A stretch of 64,000 bases of DNA from Lytechinus pictus. Its lineage: Eukaryota. The notes under the pieces were generated by a model, which had not been told where the DNA came from, ran no database searches, and saw nothing but the letters and a program-made list of their open reading frames with translations. The stretch is from contig NC_087251.1 in assembly GCF_037042905.1 (NCBI RefSeq), forward strand, positions 8,804,001-8,868,000, in the 5' to 3' direction. The stretch's first letter is position 1; every line of letters starts with the position of its first letter. This document shows, in pieces, positions 1 to 12,200 of the stretch. The position numbers and the translations under genes were made by a program.

Positions 1-380
1 AGGTGGCCTTTTTGCTCTTCTCAGTACATCACTAGTATATGTTTTGGTGGCAGACTTTGTTGCAGGTTTCCATTGCAAGTCAATGTACCATTAGAGAGCT
101 TAATGTTTTAGGGCCAAGGCTTGCTCTCTGCTTGGTTTTATTCTTTGTGACAATGGAAAAAACTCTCTCACAATCACTATTGCTCTGTTGTTACTCACTC
201 AACAGGTAGCACATGAGGTCTCCCTGAACATGAACTGCTCCTGGCATCAGATCTTCATATACATTTTGTCGCTGATTCAATCCACACATCCCATGTCCCC
301 TGATGCAAGGTCTTCTCTGATGATGTAAAGCCTTGGTCCCAGCATTGACATAAAGAGAGTCTTATTCAAATGAACATTAT
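1..380 (-). mobile_element. Degenerate hAT transposase C-terminal (dimerisation) fragment
   Basis: Minus-strand translation SNSDCERVFSIVTKNKTKQRASLGPKTLSSLMVH*..RRAKKAT, matching the hAT 'S..ER.FS.......R..L' motif; contains stops. Boundaries approximate. Confidence 0.7.
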
Positions 381-1149
381 TCCTCATCAAATCATTTGAT
401 TGATTCCTTGAATATCATTCCATTTTCTCAATTATGATAATAATATGAAAACAAAGTAATTGGTAAACTGGCCGTCCAATCCTTTCACATAATTTTTCAC
501 TGTATCAGTTATTAAACAAGTAAATTATTCAAGTGGAAAGAACAATTTGTATACACGCTTCCTGTAAATCTAATTTACACCTAAATTATGCATTTACACG
601 TATTTCATTCGAGACAAAATAATGAGATAATTTTGTGACGTATACATGTAATATAAAATAATTGACACATTATCTTGAATCTTTAAATGTCAAAAAGAAA
701 ATGCAGGGCAGCTAAAACAACCATGCAATTTTAGACGAAACCTGTAAAAGCAGCATTACATATGGTTCCACTTCTCGTTCTCGCCTTTCCATATTCTTTC
801 CTCACTCAAAAACAAACGGTTGCAAATAAAACGCCTGCCATTACGAGTTCACTGCAGAACTAAAATCAAGCACGTCTATCGTGCAGCAAAATCAATGGTG
901 CAGTGTCAGTATAGCTAAGCCAGGGCGCAGTTCTCGGCATTATGCAAATTTGGAATGGTAATTGCCGAAAGCAATAGCCAATGCGAAGCTTAGAGAAGCA
1001 AAATCATGTGATAGAAACAAAACATCATGCTTAGGTCAAAGGGTTATAGAAAACTGCGCAAACTCTCAGGTTTGAAGGGGACAAATCTTAATTTGTTTTA
1101 TCTACGAATATAAAATTAAAATCATCCAACTATCAATATTTAACAAATT

Positions 1150-3795
1150 TTGCACTTTCTTGTGACAACAGGAAATGCGTTTTTCAATTGTAACCACCTT
1201 ACCATAGGAAGATCCAATCTGCAAATGGGACAAAATATTCACGAGATCCTTGCTTCTAGTTTTTTTGTGAACAGTCCAACCGACAGAGGGGTTTCAATAT
1301 GACTCCTGAAACCAGTATTTGACACAGGTTTATAGATTCTCTGACGGTCAGTTTTGAAGCCGTGAATTAGCTTTTGGGCGGCGAGACTCATCACGTTTCC
1401 CCTTCACATCTCTATCTTTTGTTCCAAATAGTAGCCATCTTAGAAAGCAGGTTAGCATTGGTGGAGGTGCAAATTCCAAGAGAGATTGAGAGCCAGTAAA
1501 TTGCCACTGTTTTTGGTAATTTCTTTTCTCAATGAGGCAGCTGCTTTTGCTAGACATTTGACTTCATCTTCTTCAATTTGATCTTGAATGTCACTTACAT
1601 CCTTACCTAAAACCTTGTTACTAGCCACAGACTCACTTTCATAAGCTCGATGTGATTTCACGAATTTAGCTTCTGAAAATATTGTTCTTCCGAAAGCCTT
1701 GCAATCTTACACATATGGGTGAGAAAGTCACACCTGCCAACCAGTACGTTTTTGGCGTATTTAGTACGTTTTTGCAACCAAAATACGGCAGTATGTTTTT
1801 TCTTTAAAATATACGTTTTTGTAAAAATAGAAATAAAATCATAATTTATTGAGAAAAATCATCTCTATTTCATAAAACTTACACAAATATGGTTATTAGA
1901 TCAATATAATTTCAGGTAACTTGTTTTTTTATCAATCATTTTGTTTAAAAACAAGGGTGAGATATACACATGTTTCAATGTTTGTTTTTTTCATCTGCAA
2001 GAGCAGTGCGCATTTTAGCTTGCATGCAGCTTGAGCGCCAGGATGAGCAAGTGCGCCACGCATTTTATTATGAAATACACTTTTTTGGGGAAAAATACAG
2101 TTTTTTTATCAAAGAATACAATTTTTCATTCCCAGAGGTTGGCAGGTCTGGAAAGTTGTTTCCCCATAGGATGCTTGCTTGTTTGCATAGTCTTTGATTT
2201 TTTTTTCAGACTCTCTAAGGATGATTTTGATGTCAGCGGTGTTGTCTCTCTGACTTTGAAGCATATGATGCATTTCGCCTTTTCAATTGTATCCATCTTG
2301 CCTTTTTCCTGAAAGAAAAATAAATGCATGTTTTTTTGAGAGAGAGATATTCAATAAACAATTTATTAAAAACTTATGACTATAAAGCGACAAAGGTGGC
2401 TACAAAGTATTGTATATTTATTTCTATCCCGAATATGTCTCAAATAGAGATTTACAGACACTTTAAAGTCAGGCATCTTAAATCCCATGCTTGGTATTCT
2501 TAAAGTAAAATGTGGCTGGAGCACTTATAGCTTCATTCTTATATTAATATGTGCAACAAGAGTAAAAGATTACAGATGATAAAGATTAAATCTTAAATAT
2601 CCCTCCCCATAATTTGTAATTTCTATATTTCTTATTTAAGTGTTACAAAATTCGTCGTGAGGACTTCGCATTGAAGTCATATCTTACCTTTACAGTAGAC
2701 ATCAGATGATTGTCATTGGAGGTCAATCACTTTTATCATTGCTGCTATCCATCTCTCACATGATTATGTCATTTCAAATCCTGCTCTAAACTGATACATG
2801 ATGTTAATGAACATTAGATGTCATACTCAATGGTTATAATTATTTTTCACAATAAATTTGTGGCAATAAGTAAAAACAGAATATTGCTTCATATACCCAC
2901 AGCACAGTAACAATTGAGCACTATTCCGGCAACATTATGTCTACTAACAACTACAGGATTTCTTAGAAGTTCCCCCATGCCACACCTCATTTCACATTCC
3001 ACCTGTCTAAGCCTCAATGTAATCATCATCAATTCTCTATGTGTGGTCATCTCTTGCTTGTACTGGTTACCACATTGTCATTTCTCATTTTTTTAATGCC
3101 ATAACCATTCAAGCAAATAGAAAATATCAGTCAAACGTTTTTCAATCGTTTATGTGTTTATTAACATTTATAAACTAACATTAACTAACATTGTAATTCA
3201 TTGATATTCTACATAAACTCATCTCTTCATTTCTATCATGTCGGCCCTACCCATCATTTCACTGCAATCCAACTTTCTCACAAGTAGAGATTATAAATGT
3301 TCCATACCTATAGATGTCAGCCATATGGAAATTCAAGCTGGCCTCTAAATCTGATGACAAGGAACAAAAATTGATGATATTAATGAAATCTTTGGTATAA
3401 CAAACATAATAATTTCCATCAATTCCAATGAATTTTCATGGCCAAGAAACCGACATATAGAACATATTTGTTTAAAAGTGGCGGCCATGTTGAAATTCAA
3501 GATGGCGGCCTAATTTGATGAGTTGTAATAAAATTAATGGTATGAGTGAAATCTGTGCTATCATAAACATGGGTATTGCCACCAATTTTAATGGTTATTA
3601 TAGCTCACAAGTCGAGATATAGGACAAAATGCATTTTAAAAATGGCGGCCATTTTGGATTTTTCAAAATGGTGGCTGAAGACGTGCTCGGAAAAAATGGT
3701 ACCCTAAATTTTTTAAATCAGCACCCCAAATTGACATTGTTAGCCAATAAAATTCAATTTGGCACAAAAATCTAGCTGGAGCCAGATATCTGATA
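1150..3795 (-). mobile_element. Academ-like DNA transposon remnant (transposase pseudo-ORF plus putative terminal region)
   Basis: Frameshifted minus-strand peptides KCIICFK.., WQFTGS..PPPMLTCFLRWLLFG, IETPLSVGL/HKKTRSKDLVNILSHLQIGSSYGKVVTIEK, a motif I associate with Academ transposases. 3320-3790 has repeated (C)AAGATGGCGGCC-like motifs ending TTTGGCACAAAAAT, as in termini of such elements. Family assignment and boundaries are inference. Confidence 0.5.
1729..2150. mobile_element. MITE family A, copy 1 (6-bp TSD GAAAGT)
   Basis: TIR CACACCTGCCAACC / GGTTGGCAGGTCTG; GAAAGT at 1723-1728 and 2151-2156; interrupts the Academ-like pseudo-ORF. Confidence 0.88.
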
Positions 3796-3967
3796 TAAGG
3801 GTCTGTACTAATTGGTTCAGGGACACTGATTCCAAAGTCTACCTGGTACAGACCAAATTCTATCTCTGTTTGATCAATGCTCTCTTCCACGTAGTGAAAC
3901 CTCTTAACGAAGAAAGCAACAGAAGAGAATTGTATGTCCAGTCTCTTTGTAACATCTGATACACAGG

Positions 3968-4080
3968 CAGTGGCGGACCGTGACCCAAGGAGACAAAGCA
4001 TTGGAGGCGCACAGCATTGTTCACAAACAATACAGTGCCCCTCCAATCATTTGTCTCCTTCGGATCACGGTCCGCCACTG
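3968..4080. mobile_element. 113-bp hAT-type MITE, 8-bp TSD TACACAGG
   Basis: TIR CAGTGGCGGACCGTGA..AAGGAGACAA / TTGTCTCCTT..TCACGGTCCGCCACTG; perfect TSD at 3960-3967 and 4081-4088. Confidence 0.88.
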
Positions 4081-4129
4081 TACACAGGCATTCAGGAGAA
4101 CGTCATCCTTCAGGGGAAATGACTTGATA

Positions 4130-4537
4130 TTGAACTACGTGGGCTGAAATACGTCATCGAAAGGATTATTCAATTGGATGAAATCATTCGGACAAATGTC
4201 CCTTATGAACTGAGTCATCTGGGAGGGGGTCTTTGGTGGAGGCCCACCCCCAGTTTTTCTTGTCTCCCTGGTGTATGCACCATACTCTTTTTTTTTGCCG
4301 AGACCCTACATCTCTTCCATTGCTCTTTCATTTGATTAAAGTCCACTTTTGTCCATACTTATTAACAAATTGTTGATGAATTTCTTTCCAAGCATTGATT
4401 TTTCTTGGGTTTGAAGTGTGATTGGTAAACTTGTTATTAATTATGTGGATCCTGTCTGCTATTAATTCAATTGAATAATTCTTCTCGTAATTCTGCCTAG
4501 TTGGTTTTCTGTTCCTCTTAATTCCTGTATCCTCCAT
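4130..4537 (-). pseudogene. Myb/SANT-like DNA-binding protein fragment (PIF/Harbinger accessory ORF type)
   Basis: MEDTGIKRNRKPTRQNY..INNKFTNHTSNPRKINAWKEIHQQF.. followed, after stops, by RETRKTGGGPPP, typical of Harbinger-associated Myb/SANT proteins. Confidence 0.7.
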
Positions 4538-4899
4538 GATTATTAATTAATGAATATGCAACAAAGGTTTGCACTGAGCATGCTCAGAAAAATTTCTGCT
4601 GCAATTCCACATTCGCAGTAATCCACTACCACCACGATTCAACTTTTTTAGATGTGGATTTATTTCCTGAATATAAATTCAGTATTTTTTTCCCTTACGT
4701 TGCAAGGACATATATACTAGTCTTTTCCAAATTTTTGGCTTGATTTTGTGCATTACTTCCGGTAGACCCAATGTGTGCATTCCTTGTTGTCATAAGCCAC
4801 CCAGGAAAAGTGGGTTTGACCTATATGTGGGTGTGCTTCTCTTGCACACACAACACTGACAGGGTTTTCATTCTTTTCATCATCTGTCTCGATGTCTTC

Positions 4900-6060
4900 T
4901 CGCTTATCTTCAATGAGGATGGTGGCCCTACCTGACTGTTAGTTTTCTTCCCCTTTCCTTACGACAACCTTGCTGTGCTTCTTTCCTCCTTTGCCCTGAT
5001 CAGCTTGAGAAACACATGGTTTTCTGTGCGAACTCCAGAAGCCCTGTAGTAGTTAATGGAGACTCTCTTCTTCTGTGTTGCTTCAGGAGACGGCGTTCTT
5101 GCTGACAGGAGCAGATCCCCTCACTAGGTGCCTGTGATTGGTTCCTCCTTCCTTGAGCTCCTGTCTCCATTATCGTCATTTTGGATCCAGTAAGTGTATC
5201 ATTCATCAGTTCCTGCATCATCTTTTTGCCCTTAAATACATAGTCCTGAGGAAGAGCCATACCAGATGCGTTCCCACAAGCCAGGACTGTGGTGGTGGCA
5301 ATCCCTTGTGATGTTACCACATCCGTCGTGGATCGTTGATATGTACAAGCTACCCTTCGGAGATTTGTGTTCAACATTCATGTCGGTTTCGTCAACATTG
5401 TAGATTTAATAGGACTTATCACAGAGACCATACTTGTCCATGACATGACGGAGTTCCTCAAAATAAGTTGAAAGAACTTCTTCCGTTGTTAACTTCGCCC
5501 GGTTCACCTGCAGCTTGCTTGGTGTGACAAGGCCACATATCTGGCCACCTTTGCCTAAAGAGATGGAACCAAGAATCCGACAGGAGACTTCCCTTTGCCT
5601 GTCCCTTCTCTTCTACCAAGTTTATCTGCCACATTTGTCGCTATATGAATAACCTGAAGACAAAATATGCAAAAAAGGCAAAGTATTAGAATAATGCATT
5701 CTTTCTTATTTCAATTTATTCATACATCTCACTTTTTCAAAAATTCATGGTTTAAAATATGATTAAAATAACTAAAAACTATTTGGGTTTTTGTTTGTCC
5801 ATGGCTATACTATGAAAGCTTGTGAAGATACTTTTCTGTAGCTCTCTTGCCATCCTGGGTCAGTATAGAACCTCTACCAGGATCCATGCATGATGTAATA
5901 TTTCCTCTTTGATAGTCTATCTAATACAGCTGTTTTGGGGATTTATTCCCTACTTTAATGTTGCCCTTCTTACTGAGGCACCGTTTTTTACAAAGGCGAG
6001 AGCTCGCTCAAAGTTTTCTCAAGGATAATTCCTTTGTCGGATTCGCCTACTCAGAAAGAT
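4900..6060 (-). mobile_element. Degenerate pogo/Tigger-type DDE transposase
   Basis: Minus-strand IYNVDET (about 5385-5405) and TTTVLACGNASGMALPQDYVFKGK (ORF 5000-5377); frameshifts and deletion of the downstream DDE part. Confidence 0.78.
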
Positions 6061-6587
6061 AAATATTCTGAGATAAGTTTTTCAAAAACAGATATCATGT
6101 GATTAAAATATTTCATTCTATGAACCACTGTTTTAGTTTTCATAAACTATTTCTGTGCTTGCAATGCATTCATCAGCATTTTGTCTACCTGTTCTCGGGT
6201 GCTTGCCACCCTGTTCTTGGCACGCTTGCACCCTACCTATTTTTGACACATTCGTCATCAGCTAGCATTCCTTTCTCTATTACAATCATACTTTTCTCCT
6301 TTCTCTTATTTGTTTGTAAAACTTCAGTAATTATCATATATTTATCTTTGGTGTTATCTCTCTTTCCAGAGCTACCTCATAACATGTATAAAACATAAGC
6401 ATATGAGCGTAGCTGGCAAAATACAGACAACCATATGACGTCATCATTGTGTTTGGAGATTCTGTCAACATTAGCAGCAAAATATTGATGGAAATGTTAA
6501 TTTAAATATAAGTTTTTTTTAAATAACACAACCATATATTTTATGAATTCCACCAACTTCCTACCTGTTTTGTCATTTTGCTTGATG

Positions 6588-6791
6588 CAGAGCTGCCAAT
6601 CAGATATACATGTTTCAATGTTGCTTTTTTTCATCTGCAAGAGCAGTGCGCATTTTAGCTTGCATGCAGCTTGAGCGCCGTGATGAACGTGCACGCCACC
6701 CATTTTAATATGAAATACAGTTTCTTGGGGAAAAATACATTTTTTTAAATCACAGAATACAATTTTTCATTCCCAGAGGTTGGCAGGTCTG
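6588..6791. mobile_element. MITE family A, copy 2, internally deleted (6-bp TSD TTGATG)
   Basis: CAGAGCTGCCAA..TTGGCAGGTCTG; TTGATG at 6582-6587 and 6792-6797; body closely matches 1961-2150. Confidence 0.88.
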
Positions 6792-7048
6792 TTGATGAAG
6801 GGAATCTGGATCAATTGGGTTGCTTATTGTGCCTTTAAAAGTCCTTTGTGTATCTAGATTGTATGCTAGAAAACCATGGTAAGATAGCAGTCGGTTTAAA
6901 AACAGGTGGTCGATAGGTAGTGGAGTCACTATACATTATGTTCTTACAATACATGCTTATAATTTCATAAATGTGGAAGAATATATTATTTTTTACTACA
7001 CCAATAAACATCAGGAGGCTTTAACAAAATATTTCTTTTATCTGTGCA

Positions 7049-7466
7049 TTTATTGAGTAAGATCACTATGTCAAATGATGATTGAGTTATTAAATATTGC
7101 ACTAAATTTTGTATCCATTACTTAGTATTGCATTTACGAGTTGACATTTATATCCGCCCTCCCGAATAATATTATACAAGGGCATCTCAGGAAACAGATT
7201 TATTCATATTTTACCCGGTAATACAATTTAACAATAGGCATCGTTAGAATCAAATTTTCTATCAAATGTAGCTCAGTAAAAAACAGTTTGAAGATGCAGA
7301 AAACTCATTTGGCAAACAGTATCTGAATTCAACAGAAAATCATGTCTCAAAGTTCTGTACTTGTTTCTTTGAAATCTTGGTGTTATTTTCAATGATTGCA
7401 TTTTGTAGCAAAATCATGGCTAACCAAACACTTTGAAATATGTGAAGCCTGTGAACATTTTTTATT
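7049..7466 (-). terminator. Candidate polyadenylation signals of TXNDC16
   Basis: The first minus-strand AATAAA hexamers I found downstream of the stop are at 7461-7466 and 7049-7054, implying a 3' UTR of about 1.8-2.2 kb; unverified. Confidence 0.3.
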
Positions 7467-9223
7467 TAAATAAAATTATGTAAATATGAGCAAAATTAAA
7501 AAGAAACAGAACTTTGTTATTCCTAAGTTATTTTCTTAAAGAGCTTCTTCAAACTTCTTCAAATGGTGTTAACTCACAAATGAAGAGGAAAGTTGCACTG
7601 GGTAAAAACATATAATCTAAACAAAATCAATATTACTTTTCTGGGATGCACTGTACATTAATACATACTTCATTTCACTTTTTTATCAAGTGCATGGTGT
7701 TACAGCTATTACATTGAGAGTTTGAGACCATACAATCTACCAATGTAAAAGTAATTGAACTGTGCAAATAAACATTATTGCAACTAAGTTTTTAGATAAA
7801 GGTAAAACAGAATAAATTGGAATTCCTTAAAACTTTAAGACCTCTCAAGTTATCCATTTAACTTTAAAATGTGTCACAAAATTTTGATCATCTAAGTTGC
7901 AACACAAATCTATTTTCACAACATTACAGAAAAAATACATTGTTCATAAACCATAAATATACAAACAAGTGCAAGTTTCTACAATTGACCAACATAACAT
8001 AAAGGCAAGGTTACATATACACTCACTCCCATTGTCACTTGTAAATAGAAATGCATGGGTGATGAGAAATACTACTAGATTGACATGGAGTATTGGCTTT
8101 GTTTAATAAGGTTTTCTTGAATTTATCTGTAAGCAGCTGACAATGTTCTCTTTTTGGGATGGAAAGATATTATTAATAATGTTTTTTCATTCACTATGCA
8201 TAGGGATATCAGGAAGAATAGATTTTGTGATCTTAAATTTGAATAATTTTCAGAATTATTGTTCCTATACAGTATATCCCTCAAAAGCAGACTCAATATT
8301 ACCTTGAAGAATTTGTGCATCAATTATACACAAATATCAAGAAATTTAATAAATTTCTTATTCATGATTTCAGTAATACTATGATAATGTTGATGTATTA
8401 AAGGAATAAATACAATACAAAAATAGCACACATGTAACTACATACTTAGGCCTAATAGTAAAAGAAAAATCTTTCTTAACCAAATTCAAAATGAATGACT
8501 TAAAAATGGTAGCAAAATTTCAACCTCTGAAAATAACGTAACACATTCCACCAGAACTTTCGAAAAGGAGAAATTAAATAGACGTAATTAAAAAAAAAAA
8601 AGCTTACTACAAAATACTTGCCTATCAAAATGGTATTAAAAATAGTACCATAATGTGACCACGATGGGCATACATATTTCATAAACTGGAATAAACATCA
8701 AACACCAAATTGCAATTCATAATAGATACTATTGAAAATGACACACCAGAGATACATCTAAATGGCATACACATAAATGACTACCATAACATAAATACAC
8801 CAATGCCTCTAAGTTTTACAAGGACAGACTCTATTAATAATAGTATGAATAATTGACGTGTTTAAACAGGAATGTTTAGAGGGTAACTGGTTCAAACAGC
8901 TAGTTGATAAAGATTTTCATTTCAAGGATGAGCAAATATCTCCCCCCCCCCCCCCAACATTACAAACATCTGAAAGAAACAAAAAAAATTAATGGCGAAT
9001 GATTCAGACAAGTTAATATGACAGCTACAAAGATAATCAACTTTAGAATGAAGAACCACAAAAGGTTTCTCAATTATTTCAATCTTATTACATGTGCAAA
9101 CTTAAAAATATCTTCTATTGAAATCAATGTTATTTAAACATTGGAACTCCATACAAGTCATTAATAACTTTAATATCCACCCCATTCTGAATAAATATGT
9201 TGTTTCTTTGAGAGAAATAAACA

Positions 9224-12200
9224 TTAAAGCTCAACATGACTATGAGAATGTTTATTTTCATTCATTGCTACATTAACTTTCATACTATCTTCTGCATCTC
9301 GTGCTGGTTTCTCTTCTTCTTTTTCATCTGTTCCTTCATTCGTATCATCTTGGTAACTCCCAAGACCTCTACGGCCACCTGCTATATGTTGTTCATCTTC
9401 CATAAACTTGAGGAAATCATATGGAGGAACTAAAGGCTTCCACTCACGATTCATCAAGGCTACAAGACAAAAAGAAAGAGGTATTATCCAGTTATGTTTA
9501 GGACACTCTTCAGGAACTACTGCTGTGGGAATACCTAAAATATTTCCTTAAGAGCACACTCTTCGGATGGAACTATCAGCAGAAAAACCCAAGATATCTG
9601 TGAGAAGCTCTCATAAGTGTTCCTCTTCATTGAATTTTAAAGAAGGAACTATAATTGAATGGTTTTGAAAAATAACATTAAAATGGAATCCTTGAAATAA
9701 ACTAAAAAATAATAAACTGCTTCACTTGATTAATCCAACACTTCAAGTTTGATTAATATTTGTATTCATTACAAATCACGAATAACAGAGACAATGGCAT
9801 GGCAATAGGTCATCTGAGGCCGAATGAGCCACAAATATTGAAATACTTCACATAAAAAAGCTCCTACAAATGTAGGTATATGGCACTACAGGCATCCATG
9901 GAATCTTAGAAAGCAGATAATATGGCACTCAGGATTGGAGCTTGGACTATGGACCTCAGAAAACAATGAAAACTTGTTCCAGAATAGATCCATCATCACT
10001 GAATAACCAAACACTGCAGAAATATTACCTCCTCATAAAGTACACTCGGGTAGAGCACACCTTGTCCAATATACAGATGCTATTTTGTTGAATAATGTCA
10101 TGATAAACATCAACATGGTCTTGTAGATGTGCATCCTACGAGTTACTACGATTCATGCTCCTTATCAATCATTAAAGATGGCTTAATGAAATACTTCTCA
10201 CCTCTAGCCTCAGAACATTGCTTAGGGCTTTCCAGAGATACCTCTAACCAGGCAGTGAGAGCGGTCTCAGAAGGAGCGTTTCCATGGGGACAGCGACACA
10301 CTTCACCCAATGCATGGTCTAAGATGGCTATGGTTGCTTGTTCAGGGGATGGTAAGAAACCATACGTGGTCAGAGTTTGAGATCCTATAGATTCCTCATC
10401 AGTACTGTCAAGGGTAAACATATTAATTTGAGTTAAACACCAATTATACAGACAAATCAAACTCGCTCATACCATTTATGAATATATGTGTCAGTGAATT
10501 GGAAAATGCAAAAACAACTACAGCTGAAAAAAAAAAAAATATGTTGAAATTTAGCATTTTCTTCACAAGGAAATTGCCATATAAATATTATAAAATTCCA
10601 CAAACGAATTAATGATAACCCATGGGTTTATCTAAAGGTCAAGTCCACCCCAGAAAATTGCTGATTTGAATCAATAGAGAAAAATCTAACAAGCAAAACG
10701 CTGAAAATTGCATCAAAATCGGATGTAAAATAAGATAAGTTAGGACATTTTAAAGTTTAACTTATACCCCTTTCATAGTGCCCTCTTCATTTTTCACCGG
10801 CGAACTTCGCCGGCGAACTTCTCCGCCTCGCATTCCTCACTTCCCCAGCGAAGAAAAAAATGTACCCTTTCGCACTGACATTTCTTCCCCGGCGAAAGTC
10901 AACGGGCGATTGCAGAACAAACGAAAGAAAATTGTAAACATTACTTCTTACCTATTACAAAAAGGTATCAAAAAAATTAATTACAACATATTTTGGAAGT
11001 ATTACGATAAAACCAAACAATATCACCTTGTTTTTATATCTTAGCGCATTTTATACATGTAAAAAGTGCTTTTTAATAAATATTGTTAGTAAAAAAAAAA
11101 AAAATGTTCGAGGGTATCTACTTGGCCATAGCATTCAGCTAAGCTTGCAACTATCGCGCGCGGAATCTCGGTGCAGGGGACTTTGGGATAGAAAAAAATT
11201 GACCTCTGACGTCATTAAAGAGGAGAAGTTCTCCGGTTTGCTTTCATACTGGCCTTTTCACCGGTGAAACAGTTTCGCCGGCAAAGTTCTCCACCTCTAG
11301 AGGTGGAGAAGTTCACCGGCGAACTTCACCGGTGAAGTTCTCCTGTGTACCTTTCATACTGGACACTTTCCCCTTCGCTGGCGAACTTCGCCGGTGAAGT
11401 TCGCCGGTGAAAGGCGCAATATGAAAGGGGTATTAGTTTTCTCAAAACAGTTATATGCACAACTCAGTGATATGCAAATGAGTGAGTTGATGTCCATCAC
11501 TCACTATTTCTTTTGTTTTTTATTGTTTGAATTATACAATATTTCAATTTTTCAATAATGTAAATTCGACACGTTCAGGCAGGAATAAAACTCAATTTAG
11601 CATGACCAAGGAGGTTTAAAATGAGATGGAGTAACAGCATGTAAAATCTCTTTGAACAAGGTTATAAGCTGCCAGCAGAAAGTATGTCAGGCATGCACTT
11701 TGCTCAACATCTCTTGCAATTGTGTAGACAAATGATTCCCGCATGACTCGCAGCTATAGGTCATACATAAAGGGAAATATGCTTTTGTGATGATAATTAC
11801 TTTTTCGCGGCATCTTCATGATCTTGGTCTGGTTATGTGTAGTACATAATTCGGAGGCATGCGAAAATAAACTATGCAATATGTCCTGAAATATGACTCA
11901 AATTTGCTCGACTGGGCATGTGCGGGCACTCATCTGGCATATACAGTAATGAACAATATTCCACTGACCACATTTGAAATTTTTATTCGCCGCAAACGAT
12001 TGGAAAAGTGTTAAAATTTGGTTTCAGTAAAGAAAGATCAAATTCTTTCTTTTTTTCACCAATTAAAGGTTAATTGATATAGTCTGTGCAAATATCTCGT
12101 CGTAATAGTGCTTGGTTATTGATGTTTTGTCAGGCATTCAAATTTCAGTTTGTTTATTAATATGAAAGATGGAAAATTGATACAAATGGATATTCGTAAC

